From the NCBI RefSeq assembly GCF_963921235.1, contig NC_086097.1, positions 203,424,001 through 203,488,000 of the forward strand: a DNA stretch of 64,000 nucleotides, in the 5' to 3' direction. Under the pieces are notes generated by a model. That model made no database searches. It worked only from the letters and a program-made list of their open reading frames with translations, and was not told where the DNA came from. The position numbers were made by a program, and so were the translations under genes. The stretch's first letter is position 1, and each line of letters starts with the position of its first letter. This DNA comes from Mobula hypostoma (taxonomy: Eukaryota). Positions 26,411-39,699 of the stretch are shown here, in pieces.

Positions 26411-26896
26411 GGTCCATGTTTCTGTGCTGTACTTCTCTATGACTCTGTAACTCTATGACATTGATAGAGACCCCTTCCTTTTGCTGGTCTTCCCACCAGC
26501 TCACACTGCTGCTGCTCATGCCCATGTGAGATGGGGTAATTTAGACTTTTCAGGTCACAGCTACTCAAAGTTGCCCTCTTTAGTCATCTGTAGAAAGTTA
26601 GCAGCTCTCTGTCTGTCATACTGTAATTGTTTACACTGGTCCTGTGTGGCAGTTTAATCAAAAAAAAAGGCACACAGACAGCAGGCAAGAAAGGATGCAT
26701 ACAAATTATTGCGTTATGTAAATACAGTGCAATTTTACTCATAAACTTTGATATGTTTAGTTAGTGATGGCTTTCGTTTTTGTATTGTGGATAAGAGGGT
26801 GATATCATAAGTGACAGAGGAAACTTAAGTGTGGGGTTGTCTGTGCTTTTACAGATAGCTGACTAGAAATAATTCTTCACACCCAGAGTAGAAACT

Positions 26897-27215
26897 TTCT
26901 TACTGCCCATTGCACCATAGGTTCTTAGGGTAGCAATGAAGTTCCTCCATTTTTGTCTGTATAAAAAGATTCTTTATTGCTGTTTCCATAACAATTGTTT
27001 TTTGACCAGTCAGGTTTGTTATCCCTGATCTGACCCCTGAATCTGGAAGACTGGCGGACCACTCTTAGTCTGACCTCTACCCTTTGACCTGTTTGGCATG
27101 GGTGACCCTACCAAGAGGTAAAGCATGAGGCCCTGACTCCAGACAACATTGCTCTCCAAGTCATTGAGGCACACAAGCCTCCAAACCTTATGACAAGGTT
27201 GTGGAACTCTTGGAG
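26897..27215 (-). mobile_element. RTE-clade (Expander/Rex3-like) non-autonomous bipartite element
   Basis: Antisense accttgtcataaggtttggaggcttgtgtgcctcaatgac...ggtagggtcacccatgccaaacaggtc is an RTE-type 5' UTR, fused within ~300 bp to a short 3' end. Confidence 0.65.
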
Positions 27216-27539
27216 GCCAGAATAGAAAGAGACAGTTTGATTCATTGCCAATCTTTTCGTATATTAAAAACATTCATGTGTGACTAAACTGGCAAGGTGT
27301 GCCTTGAGACGTCGCACAGAAATTAATTAATGACCGGGTGGGAGAACAAAACCTGGAGAGAAATGGGCAGCAGTTGGGCTGAGGTGACAAGAGTTCACCG
27401 TTGTAGTATAGGTAATATTGGTAATGGGCAACTGTTGTCAGCTTTAAGGGTTGTATCATGTGACTAATGGCTCTCTGGCCAGTAACAATGCCACAAGAAA
27501 GTTCTGGGTGGCAGTTCTGAGTCAGCCCTGAATAATGTG

Positions 27540-28770
27540 GGCATACCTTGTTTTGAGCTCCCAGTGTTCTAGACCATTTGTTTGCAATGGTGCAAGGTCA
27601 CTGAGAAATAGCAAAATATCACAGCCATCAAAAATGACAAAGTTGTTCCAATTTGTTGGTGAAAGTCTGGGAAACTCAAGATCAGGTCAATTACGTTGAA
27701 GGACTAAGATGAATGAGTGAGGAACACAAAACTATATTCCACTTCTAACTATATTACCACTTCTGAAGATGAAAACAATAGTTTGGCCAATTCAAACTAA
27801 ATATTGTTTAATTATTTAATTGATGTAAACACTGGCCTAACCATAGATTGTTCTGACATAAGAAAGGATATTTACTGTATAACCAGAAGTTGAGTCAGAT
27901 GGCATTGGTAAGAAGAACTTTAAAATTAAGAGCATCCTATAGTGACACCTTAATAACATTAGGATACATGGAGTGTGTGAAATTGTATTATTACAGAAAG
28001 CAGAGGCATTGAATTATAATGGCTTATTATAATTACAGACCGAGGAAATGATTGGTTGAAGGACTTCAGGATGGATTGGAAATACTTCACAACTAGGTTT
28101 AAGCAATCTTCTGTGACAACGAAGATATGTTTCAGGATTCAGATATGGGCATTAAGAAGACAAATCTCACATGTATCTCACAAAACTGTCAGAAGTGTCC
28201 ATTGTGTACCTTGACTTAAGTCCTATGTAATGAGAGTAAACGTAGATGGGTAAAAGTAAACTTGAGTGACATCAGTGGTGGTGGTCTCCAAGGCAGAAAA
28301 ACCTGTCCAGTTCTGTGGCAATCATGGAGTGACACGGTACATGATGCCCAATGCCCTCTGCAGCTATACCAAAATTATCATGCCAAATTGCCAATGGCTT
28401 TTTTTTTACAGAACTAGACTTCTCGCATTCCTTTGCTCAACCTAATAACATAGATGAAGAAAGCTAACATTTCTTGCTAATTAATACTCAAAAGGGAAAG
28501 GTCCTGATAATGGATGTTTGACTTAAGCATTAATTGTTTCCTTTTCCACAGATGCTGCCTGATCTATTGAGTGTTTTCAGTATTTTCTGCTTTTAATATC
28601 CACAAAGGGATATACATTTATACCACATGGAATAATTCCTTGTGATTTTAGGTATGATGTTACAGGTAATCCAGCATAGTCTTGTGTGGTCAGGACAATG
28701 ACCAAATTGCTTCAGATGCAGAAACGTATTGAACATTTACAGAGTGCACACACGGGAAACAACTACAAGG
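27540..28770 (+). mobile_element. Ancient Gypsy gag-pol relic
   Basis: VVVVSKAEKPVQFCGN (~28275), FFTELDFSHSFAQ..IDEES..LINTQKG (~28400-28497), resuming HKGIY after a Penelope fragment. Confidence 0.65.
28498..28595 (+). mobile_element. Penelope terminal-repeat fragment inside the Gypsy RT
   Basis: tccacagatgctgcctgatctattgagt..cagtattttctg; flanked by near-duplicated aatactcaaaaggga / aatatccacaaaggga. Confidence 0.55.
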
Positions 28771-29077
28771 TGTGTCTACTTTCCACAAGAACTCTTTACA
28801 AATGGGCAGTTTTTCCAACCTTTAGACGTTATTCCTATTACTACCCCCACGCATTATTAGTGGAAATGGAGTGTGGGGACCAGGGCACCAGTGAATTGTA
28901 AAAGAATGTGGTAATTTGGGCCCCAAAGAGTTGAAAGGAATGCAGGAGCCAGAGACCAGCTTGGGATTGTGGGCCTTTAAATTTTATTACAACCTAGATT
29001 ATAGTCAGTCAAATAATTCAATTTTTAAAGAAATAATAATTTTAAAACAATTATTGTTCACAACCACTGTGACATAT

Positions 29078-29435
29078 TCAGGTTCAAATTAATTGTCATT
29101 CAACCGTACACATGTATACAGCTAAATGAAACAATGTTCCTCTGGATGCAAAATGCTGTACATATATCATGTAGAGAACATAAACACAATAATATTAACA
29201 GATAAAAATATTCTGTAGATGTACAAGCTGACATAAAGTGCATGAATGCCATATAGTCTGGCGCTGTCATAAATAATGTGCAGCAGATGGTAGCAGGGTG
29301 CTCTGAAGTTGAACAGCCTGGGGGAAGAAGCTGTCCCCCAGCCTAACAGCCTTTTTCTTATACTGTGGTACTTTCTGCCTGACAGTGGGAGGGCAAAGAG
29401 ATTGTGGGCTGGATGGGAGGGGTCCTCACCATACT
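29078..29435 (-). mobile_element. Rex1-type LINE 3' end
   Basis: Antisense tail ttcaaattaattgtcattcaacc; ggggaagaagctgtcc (antisense SFFP). Confidence 0.7.
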
Positions 29436-30167
29436 ATGTAAACAGTCTTTTGAACATCAAGATGATATGCAATTGGTAATGAATTTTTAAAGATAACGGA
29501 TTAAGTTACTTGGATTCAAATAATGTGTTTTGGTCCCTATGGGTGCCTCACCATGGTTGAGCTAATCGGCCTTACTCCCACTTTCCAACCTGATCCTCTT
29601 AACTCCTGGTTCCCTTCAACAATTGTTACAACTGTTTATCTCTTGTACAGCTGTGGGTTCACGAGAGAATTCTACCTGAACCACAGAGGTGCCAGGTAGC
29701 AGCCTTTGACTTTAAATGGGCATTACATGTTCTTTGGTATCACACAGTACCCACCATACATACAATACTTCTGGAAGGTGTTCATTCTGCACATACATTA
29801 GCCTATTCCAGTTTGTGTTTGGTGTGCTTCATGTTCAGAGGTCTGCACCTCACCTATCATGTTGTATTTTTAAAAAGAAATGTAGTGATGAAGAAAGTTA
29901 CAGGCCTAGCTTTTTCCTGCTAGCCTTTAATTCTACTGCTGTTTTATTAAAACAGTTGCTGCTTGAGTCACAGAAGAGGAAATAGTTTATGTTTACGTTT
30001 TATCAAGGGGTCACTGAATTCAATTCCTTTAAGTGAGATTAAGATATTTGAATCAGTTTTTCAGATCTAATACTTACATGGCACTGGATGACCTCTTCAG
30101 CGTATTGCAAAAGAGTAGTGATTGTTTTTATTAACAAATCCAGAATTTTAAACACCATTTCAATGCT

Positions 30168-30438
30168 ATCAGATTATTTCCTATCAGATTCCTTCTTCTC
30201 CAGCCCTTGACCTTTCCCACCCACCAGGCTTCAGCTATCACCTTCAGCTAGCTTCCTTCCCCTCCCCCAACCTTTCTCTTCTGGCACCTTCCCCCTTTCT
30301 TCTCAGTCCTGAAGAAGGGCCTCGGCCTGTAACATTGTCTATCTATTCATTTTCATAGGTATTGCCTGACCTGCTGAGTTCCTCCAGCATTTTATGTGTG
30401 TTGCTTTGGATTTCCAGCATCTGCAGACTTTCTTGTGT
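30168..30438 (+). mobile_element. Penelope-like 3' pseudo-LTR fragment with a degenerate hammerhead motif
   Basis: Matches 38195-38495; cagtc-ctgaaga-agggcctcggcct-gtaa at 30304. Confidence 0.8.
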
Positions 30439-30452
30439 TTACCATTTCTAAG

Positions 30453-30661
30453 ACACGAGGAAATCTGCAGATGCTGGAAATTCAAGCCACACACACAAAA
30501 AATGCTGGTGAATGCAGCAGGCCAGGCAGCATCTATAGGAAGAAGTACAGTCGACGTTTTGGGCTGGGACCTGACCAAGGGTCCTGGCCCGAAACGTCGA
30601 CTGTACTTCTTCCTATAGATGCTGCCTGGCCTGCTGCGTTCATCAGCATTTTTTGTGTGCA
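30453..30661. mobile_element. Fold-back (palindromic) Penelope-derived insertion with a 14-bp TSD
   Basis: TSD ttaccatttctaag at 30439-30452 and 30662-30675; ~80-bp inverted arms centred near 30575. Confidence 0.9.
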
Positions 30662-30914
30662 TTACCATTTCTAAGCTGCTTTGTTGCCACTCAAGATATT
30701 CAAGTCTTTACAAACTCTGTGTTTATGTATGAAAGAATTTTCAGATATGCTGAAACTACTTAGCCCAAATGTTCTACAGCAGGAATGAGAGGAGTGTATG
30801 TTTCTTTCAAGATAAGATGTTATTTTAATAACCCTTCAAAATGCCACATGAAACACAGTTTGTTACTTCTCATGAACGTTCCAATGTAAGGGTGTCTGCA
30901 ACTGCACTTGTTTG

Positions 30915-31200
30915 CACAGTGAGACAAAGAGTAGAATTTCTTTCTCACAGCTCCTATGGTCCAGATTTAATTTTGACCTCAGCTGCTCTCTCTGTGGAGT
31001 TTGCACGTTCTCCCTGTTTTTATGTGGGTTTCCTTCCATATCGCAAAGGTCAGTTAATTGGCTCTTGTAAATTTGGCTCTAGTGTTAGAATCTGGAAGAG
31101 GTGATAGAAATGTGTGCATATGGGTTATTGGAAAATTTAGTGCAGTAAAGGATTTGTAAACCAGCATAGACTCAATGGGCTGAAATGATCTATATTCTAA
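30915..31200 (+). mobile_element. V-domain SINE
   Basis: ctgtggagtttgcacgttctccctg...gtgggtttcc...gttaattggctcttgtaaatt. Confidence 0.7.
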
Positions 31201-33024
31201 GGGAATTCATAAAATGGAAATTCATTGCTAGCACTGAAGGAGTTAAATGCTGTGTATACAGGTTGTTTTTTCAGCCAGATTAAAAAAAGTGGCATTGTAA
31301 CACAAAGACCCTGAAGCTACTAATTCTATGACAGAACATGGCCTTTGCAACCTTTGAAATTTTTTTTTGTTGAATTACAGTCACAATTATCATGCAACAA
31401 TAATGAAATGCCATCATTTGATCATCCTGTAATTTGAAGTCCTGTCTTCAGCAGGTTTTAAAAAAACGCATACACAATAGCTGGGAAATGAGATGAAAAT
31501 GGTTTTCCTCTAACAGTGGTTCAATGTGTTCTGTAAGCACTTCCATCCTGTGTCGTCCCTGGTTGGTCTCCACCTGCTAGGAGGCACCAGCGACCCAGCC
31601 TCCCCCTCATCTTGCTGGCGCCAGAGCTGGATGGGTCTTGCACTTTGATTATTTGTGTTAACAGTTAATTTAACACGGTGGACACGTGTGCCAAAGCTGC
31701 CTGCACTTCCTAATGCATCCCAACAAATGTGACTTTTATAGGTTCCTCTGCATCACCCTTCCCCCCACCCTGATCCTTTCCACATCTCACAGGAAAAAGC
31801 TATTTCTGGCTGCTGTGCCCTTAATGTTTGCTCTGTACGGTTTGAATTTAATGGAGATTTATGGACCCAGGGGCATGTAGCTCTTAAGAAATTTCATAAA
31901 CTCAAGCAGTTATATTTAGAGATTACAGATGAAGTTCCTTTGTGCAGCTTGGAGATTTTCTGACATTTTCTCATTAACTTTCTGCTTGTATGTTTAAGTT
32001 AAATATTTTACTGACACATGGCCCTGGTAACAGTACTAAGTCTCATTTTTATGAGTGAAAATGTATAAATTAAGAGGCTACAAACAGGCTGCCAATGACA
32101 ACAAGAGGAGATTGAAAATGTTTGGATTTGTCAACAGTGAAGCAGTCTACATGGTTCTGAGAGAGCAGAACGAAAACTACTCTGACATACATAGTCTTGC
32201 CAGGCCCACTCTTAAAAGACGTTAATGATGGATTTCAGATCTGAAATCAGAAAACACAGATCTCCAAATGCCTCCGTATATAAACATGAAGCTTCTCCAG
32301 AGTCACAGTGCAATGTTTATAGTTAAATAATAGCCCAAATGGATCTTACATTGTGTATTTTTTTGTGATTTGGCATTATTCTAACAAAGTAAAACTCAAA
32401 TACTTTTAATATTCACTGGGTCTGTTGAACACATGAAGACATTAGGAAATAACAAATCGTTATGTATGTTAATACAAACTGGGCTTAATCTTCTTTCCTT
32501 TCCACTTGTTTTCCATTTTATAGTCAGGCACTTGTAGATAAGGTGGTGGGACTTAACTACATTGATAAAACTTCAGGGATCATACACACTGATGGATTCT
32601 GGTCAGCCTGAAATACAGATCAAAAAGCTAGGGATTGAAAACATATGAAAACATATATAAACATATATATAGAGAGAGTATGAAACACAATACAAGAAAA
32701 TAAAGGCAGAAGTAACTTTTCCTTCAGAACTTTCTCAGAATAGTACAATGCACTCTTCTGCTATCCATTCCCCCACCCTAGCCACCCCACCTCCAATTTA
32801 ATCTTCCAGGGCTTATGTAAAAATGCTTCTTTATACATGAAGGTCCAACGAGGAGCAGAGTTAATCAGGTGTTTCACACAGCTGAGAACTACAAAATGCT
32901 GAGGTTTATAAAGTACACTCGACCACTTGATTTGTAGAGATAGGTAAGATAAACGCATTGAATAGGGGTAGGTGCACTGGTAGTCAGAGTGGGAGGATTA
33001 GAAAATAGAGGATTTGGTTGCAGA

Positions 33025-34045
33025 TTGAATTGAATTGACTTATTTCTTACAACCTTCACATACATGAGGAGTAAAAATCTTTAAGTTATGTCTCCATCTG
33101 AATGTTCAATGTGCAATTTATAGTCATTTGTAATAAATAATATGTACAGTAAGATATACAACAGAACAGTCAATATAGCTTAGAAGAACAATTGTGTCAA
33201 CGTGAGTTCATCAGTCTGATGGTCTGGTGAAAGAAGTTGTCCCGGAGCCTGTTGGTCCTGGCTTTAATGCTGTGGTACCATTTCCCGGATGGTAGCAGTT
33301 GGAACAGTTTGTGGTTAGTGTGACTTGGGTCCCCAATGATCCTTCGGGCCCTTTTTATGCACCTGTCTCTGCAAATGTCCTGAATAGTGGGAAGTTCACA
33401 TCCACAGATGCACTGGGGTGTCCGCACGACTCTCTGCAGAGTCCTGTGATTGAGGGAATTACAGTTCCCATACCAGGCAGTGATGCAGCCAGTCAGGATG
33501 CTCTCAGTTGTGCCCCTGTAGAAAGTCCTTAGGATCTGGGGACTCACGCCAAACATCTTCAACCATCTGAGGTGAAAGAGGTGCTGTTGTGCTTTTTTCA
33601 CCACACAGCCAGTATGTACAGACCACGTGAGATCCTCAGTGATGTGTATGCTGAGAAACTTAAACCTGTTCACCCTCTCAACCCCAGATCTACTGATGTC
33701 AATATGGGTGAGCCTGTCTCCATTCCTCCTGTAGTTCACAACCAGCTCCTTTATTTTTGTGACATTGAGGGAGAGGTTGTTTTCTTGACATCACTCTGTC
33801 AGAGAGATGACTTCTTCCCTGTAGGCTGCCTCATTATTATTTGAGATTAGGCCAATCAGTGGAGTGTTGTCAGCAAATTTAATTAGCAGATTGGAACTGT
33901 GGGTGGCAACACAGATATGGATATACAGAGAGTAAAGGAGAGGGCTTAGCACACATCACTGAGGGGGCTGCTTTTTTGAGAGTCAGAGGGGCAGAGGTGA
34001 GTGAGCCCACTCTTACCACTTGCCGGCGATCTGACAGGAAGATCA
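33025..34045 (-). mobile_element. Rex1/Babar-type LINE, RT C-terminal half, (ATTCA)n tail
   Basis: ORF 33197-33739 FKFLSIHITEDLTWS..KKAQQHLFHLR..ESILTGCITAWYG..LLPSGK; antisense KFADN at ~33870. Confidence 0.92.
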
Positions 34046-34149
34046 CTGTTGTGGAGGGTTAGTGACACCATATATGGCCTATATTCAAGCAGTTTTCCTT
34101 CCTAGGAGCTGCACTGATTGACAGACTTGTAGGGTTGGGTTCTATTGGG

Positions 34150-36190
34150 AGGGGCATCTCAGGTCTGGAGACAGCAGAGAGACTACGTGTTAGAGTGGCC
34201 AGGATTTGGCTCAGTGTACTTCAGTGAGAACAAGCACAGGCTAGAACTTGAGCTTGAGAAGTTAGAATTGAAGGTATAACAAGTGTAAGTAGAATGGTAG
34301 CTAAAGCAGTGGGATGCTTCTGCTGTAATATGTGAGGTTGCAGGATGCCTGATGGTTTCCCTGAAGGCTACATCTGTGGGAAATGCATCCAACTTCAGCT
34401 ACTGACTGACAGGGTCAAGGAATTGGAGCTGGAGCTGGATGCACTCAGGACTATCCGGGAGGCTGGAAACCTCCTCAATAAAACTATTACTGAGGTGGTC
34501 ACACCCAGGGTGCGAGCTTCAGAGAATAGGTGTGTGAAATAAGGAGAAATAAGGGGAGTAAGCAGTCACTGAGGGGCTGCCCTGTGGCTATGTCCCTCAG
34601 CATCCCCTTTGGATACTGCTAAGTGAATGATCTAACTGGGCACAGTAGCAACAGCCAGGCCAGTAGCACTGTGGCCGGCTCGAGGCTCAGCGGTGAAGGG
34701 TAAAGACAGGCAGAGCAACAGTGATAGGAGATTCGATACTTAGGGGGATGGACAAGAGATTCTGTGGCTGTGAAAGAGACACCAGGATGGTGTGTTGCAT
34801 CCCAGGTGCCAGGGTCCAAGATATCTCAGAGCAGTTACAGAACATTCCCAAGAAGGAGGGTGAGCAGCCAGAGGGATAATTGGAACCTCTTCTGGGGCAA
34901 GAGTAATCTGTGCAAGAGGGAAGGGTTGCGCCTAAACCGGAGGAGAACAAGTATCCTGGCTGTGAGGTTCACTGTTGCTACTCAGGAGGGTTTAAACTAT
35001 TTTGGCAGGGTGATGGGAACCAGAGCATCAGAGCACCAGAGCACTAGATCAGAAAGTGGAGAGATAGAATGGAAGGTAGATGTCAAGGCCAGTAAAAACA
35101 GGCAGGAGCAAAGTAATAGATACTATGGGATGGATAGTTTGAAGAATGTGTATTTTAATGCCAAGAGTATTATGGGTAAAGGTGATGAACTTAGAGCATG
35201 GATCTGTACATGGAACAATGATATTGTGTCCATTACAGAGACTTGGCTTAGAGAGGGACAGAAATGAGTGCTTAATGTAATAGGGGTTTTGATGTTTTAG
35301 AAAAGATAAAGAGGGAGGTAAAAGAGCTGGGTGAGTTGCACCACTAATCAGGGACAATATCACAGCTGCACTCAGAGGGGACATAATGGGGGGCTCGTCC
35401 ACTGAGTCTGTATGGGTAGAACCCAAAAATAGGAAAGGTGCAAACAGTCTGATGTTGTACCTTGAAGATCAAATGCAAAGAGGCAGTACACTGTTAAGGG
35501 CAATATCCTTAAGAGTGTTGATGAGCAGAGGAATCCTGGGATTCAATTCAGATCTCCCTGACAGTGGCTGCACAGGTTGATAGGGTGGGTAAGAAGGCAT
35601 ATCAGAAGTTCAGAAGTCTGGAAGTTGTGTTGCAGCTTTATAAAGCTCTAGTTAGGCCGCATCTGGAGTATTGCTTACAGTCCTGGTCACCCCATTATAA
35701 GTAGAATGACAAGGCTTTGGGGTGGGTGCAGGAGAAGTTTACCAGGATGCTGTCTGGATTGGAGGGCATGTACTGTAATGAGAGGCTGGACAAAGTTGGG
35801 TTGTTTTCTCTGGACTGGCGGAGGCTGAGAGGAGATCTGACAGATTTATAAGATTATGAGAGAGATAGACAGACAATAACTTTTCCCAAGGATTGAAATT
35901 TCTAATAACAGTGGGCATGCATTGAAGGTGAGAAAGGGGTAATTTCAAAGGAGATGTGAGTGGCAAGTTTTTTTTTACACAGAGAGTGGTGGGTGCCTGG
36001 AATACACTGACTGGGGTGGTGGTAGAGACAGAAAATTTAGAGACTTTTAAGAGACATTTAGATAGACACATGAATGTGAGGAAAGTGGAAGGATATAGAC
36101 ATTGTGTAGGCAGAAGGGATTAGTTTAGTTAGCCTTTTGATTACTAATTTAAATGGTTCAGCAAAACATTGTATCCTGTACTGTTCTGTG
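34150..36190 (+). mobile_element. CR1 with ORF1 zinc-finger, coiled-coil and esterase parts, APE start and 3' end; most of the RT deleted
   Basis: YICGKCIQLQLLTDRVKELELELDAL, VIGDS, YFNAKSI..DIVSITETWL, ESVWVE, then an abrupt jump to the ORF2 C-terminus near 35460. Confidence 0.85.
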
Positions 36191-37059
36191 TCCATCTGTG
36201 TTGCTGAGATTATTGGGTGATTGGGCAAGGAGCAGGTCATGACACTTGAGGGACTTGAGGGTGTGGTTCACTCTGGGATGTTGTCAAATTTTAAATTCTG
36301 GGGTTGGGGCTGAGGTCAGTGTTGATGTGGGGTCAAATCTGTGATCCTGTGGAGGGTGGAAATGGGGGGGTGCAGCTGAAAGAATGGCTGTCCATTAAAG
36401 TGGGGAAACCCGACCCCCTTTTCCGGAAACAGGGACTACTCACAGGGTAGGGGGTGGGGGTGGGGTTATGTTGCACTCTCAAGGGCGATTACAATAGAAG
36501 GTAGTGAAGAAAGAAGGTGAAATGTAAGTGAGCAAGTTAAAGACTGGCTGAAGTTACTTGAAGTTAGCTCTGAAACTAAAAATACTTTAACATTCCATCT
36601 AACACAAACTTTCTTATTTTTCAAGCTCTAGAATTGAGAGCTCCTGGTAGTATGTCAGGTAATGAAGGGGAATGAGTAGATAATTAGTGATCTGATTAGT
36701 TCCAATGTTTGGCAAGAAGATTCAATATGCAGAAAAATAGACTAAAGGGAGAAATGGAAAAGCCAAGATAAGAGTTCTGCAGTTGCTCAGTCAATTACTT
36801 GAGTAAAGACTAAATGATCTTCTACTGGTTTCGTGTGTTTTTCGATTGCCCTGTAGTAGGGAAATATCACTTCACTAAAAGAAAAATTATGAACATTGAG
36901 GAGGTCTCATGAAATGAGTCAAGTAGTTTTGAATTTCAGAATAAGATTTTTGAAGAATCAATCTTTTGGCATGGCAACTGAAGTAACAGGAATTGCATCA
37001 AGCTCACAAAGGTGGATATGGATACTGTGTTTGGGACACTAGTCTAACTAACAATCTGG

Positions 37060-39010
37060 ACCCCATAGTAGACACATTCAGAAAGTCAGGAGGCATGGGA
37101 TATAGGGAAAATCTCTGTTTGGATTCTAAATGGCTTGCTGAGAGAAGGCAGAGAGTGGTCGTAGATGGAGCATATTCTCCCTGGAGACTGGTGACAAGTG
37201 GTGTTCTGCAAGGACTTGTTCTTTTACCCTGCTCTTCATGATTTTTATACCATAATTGACTTGAATGAGGAAGTGGAGGCTGGGTAGGTAAGTTTGCAGT
37301 TGACAGGAAGGTTGGCAGTGTTGTGGATCGTGTAGAAGGTTGCTGTAGGTTGCAGAGGGACATTGACAGGTTGCAGAGCTGGGCTGAGAAGTGGCAGATG
37401 GAGTTCAATCTGGAAAAGCATGAAGTTATTCATTTTGGAAGGTTGAACTTGTTGGCAGAATACAGGGTTAATGGCATGATTCTCAGCAGTGTGGATAAAG
37501 TATCTTGGCATTCACGTCCACAGATCCTTCAAAGTTGCCGCACAAGTTAACAAGGTGGTTAAGAAGGCAAATAGTGTGTTGGCCTTCATTAGTCAAGGGA
37601 TTGAGTTCAAGAGCTCAGAGGTGATTTTGCAGCTCGATAAAACCGTGGTTAGACCACACTTGTGGCAACTGATCTCCCTCCTGGTACTTATCTTTGCAAG
37701 TGCAAGTGGCCAAACCTGCCCCTACACATCCTCCCTTACTACCATTCAAGGCCCCAACCAGTGCTTCCAGGTGAGGTGACACTTCACCTGTAAGTCTGTT
37801 GGGTTCATCTACTGTACCTGGTGCTCCCGGTATGGCTTCCTGTATATCGCTGAGACCTGATGTAGATTGGGAGTCCTCTTCTCCAACCACTAGAAAAAGT
37901 GATATCTCCTGGCGGCCACCCACTTCAATTCTACTTCCCATTCCTATTCGGACATGTCAGTCCATGTCCTCCTCTACTGGCATGATGAGGCCACACTCAG
38001 GCTGGAGGAGAAACGCCTTGTATTCTGCCTGGGTAGCCTCCTGCATGATGGCATGAACATTCATTTCTCGAACTTCCGGAATTGCCCCCCCTTCTCCTTC
38101 ACCATTCCCAGTCCCATTTCCCTTTACCTCTTCATCTCCTTACCCTCTAGTGCTCCTCCCCTTTCCCTTATTTCTGTGGTCATCTACCCTTTACTATCAG
38201 ATTCCCCCTTCTCCAGCCCTTTATCTCTTTCACCTATCAGCTTCCCAGCTTTGCTTAACCCCTCCCACTCTCCTGGTTTCACCTATCACATACCACCTTG
38301 TAATTCTTCCACCCTTCCCCCCACCCCCACATTTTGCTCTGACTTCTCATCTTTTCTCCTCATCCTGATGAAGGGTCTTGAACCAAAACGTCAACTGTTT
38401 ACTCTTTTCCAATGATGCCGCCTGGCCTGCAGTTCCTCCAGCATTTTGTGTGTGTTGCTTGGATTTCCAGCATCTGCAGATTTTCTCTTGCTTGTAGTAT
38501 TGTGTTCAGTTTTGGTTGCCTAAGTATAGGAAGGATGTGGAAGCTTTAGAGAGGATGCAGAGGAGATCTACCAGGATGCTGCCTGGATTAGATAGCATGT
38601 CTTATGAGGATAGGTTGAGTAAGCTAGAACTTTTTTCTTTGGAGAGAAGGAGGATAGGAGATGACTTGATAGAGGTGTACAAGTTGATAAGTTAGAGCGG
38701 ACACCCAGAGACTTTTCCCCCCAAAAGAGTTATGGCTAATATGAGGGTGCATAACTTTAAGGTAATTGGAGAAAAGTATAGAGGGATGTCAGAGTAATTT
38801 TGTTTTACGCACACAGAGTGGTAGGTGCATGGAACACACTGCCAGGGATGGTGGTAGAGGCAGATGCATTAGGGATATTTAAGAGACTCTTCGATAGGCA
38901 CATGGATGAAAGAAGAATAGAGGTCTTTGTGGGAGGGAAGGATTTTATTGACCTTGAAGTGGTTTAAAGGGTTGCCACAGCATCATGGGCAGAAGGGTTT
39001 GTATGATTTT
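37060..39010 (+). mobile_element. CR1 RT and 3' end, interrupted by a Penelope fragment
   Basis: RRQRVVVDG..VTSGVLQG, LQRDIDRLQSWAEKWQMEFN; resumes agtattgtgttcag near 38497. Confidence 0.9.
37662..38495 (+). mobile_element. Penelope-like element 3' part (GIY-YIG remnant and pseudo-LTR with hammerhead motif)
   Basis: TIQGPNQCFQVR..FTC..IYC..C..LYIAET; ATHFNS; RLEEKRLVFCLGSL..GMN; ctgatga motif at 38365. Confidence 0.88.
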
Positions 39011-39699
39011 ACTATCTGGCAAGGAATTTATTGTGCACATCTGACACAAAAATGAAGATTAAGTTAGTGTATAAGGGGTACACAGGAATTTGTGGAATTT
39101 GATAGAGCAGGGGGTTATTACATTTTCCTTAGTCTCTGCAATCTAATTCTAAAGCTGGTCAAGATTAAGGAGATGTAAATTTCCATTCTCTCCCACTGCC
39201 TTAGCATTAAGTACGCTATTGTAAAATATATTTGGGCTGCTTTGATCTAGTTCATGATAAAAGTTATCTACAGAGTTATCAAAACCTAACTCTAAATAGG
39301 TCTCAATTGGTGATGAGATTCATGCTAAACAGTCAAAGAAATTCATGAGGATAAAATAAAGTGCTGGTGAAGAAAGATAGGCTCATATAGAATTGGTAGC
39401 CCACTTTTCTTCAAACCCACTTGTCTTTCCCATTGAAGTCAGCAGAAATTAATAGCAGGATGGACTCCGGTATTTGATTGCACCCTGTATTCTGGCATAG
39501 ATGCATTTTCAGCTGCTTGCGCAGATAAACACCTGTAATGGTGTCCTAATGTTGGGAGAAAACTATGGAGCCATAGATCCAACATAGCTGAGACTCAGAT
39601 AACCCTGCGATAGCTGCCATATCCTTAGCGGATATGATTCCTGCTACACAGACATCAAGCTCCGTATAACAGTGTAGGGAGCTAGTTTCTGTGTGATGG

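Noticed and set aside
36445..36465. G-quadruplex-forming run
   Set aside because: Four G-tracts are present, but isolated and without functional context.
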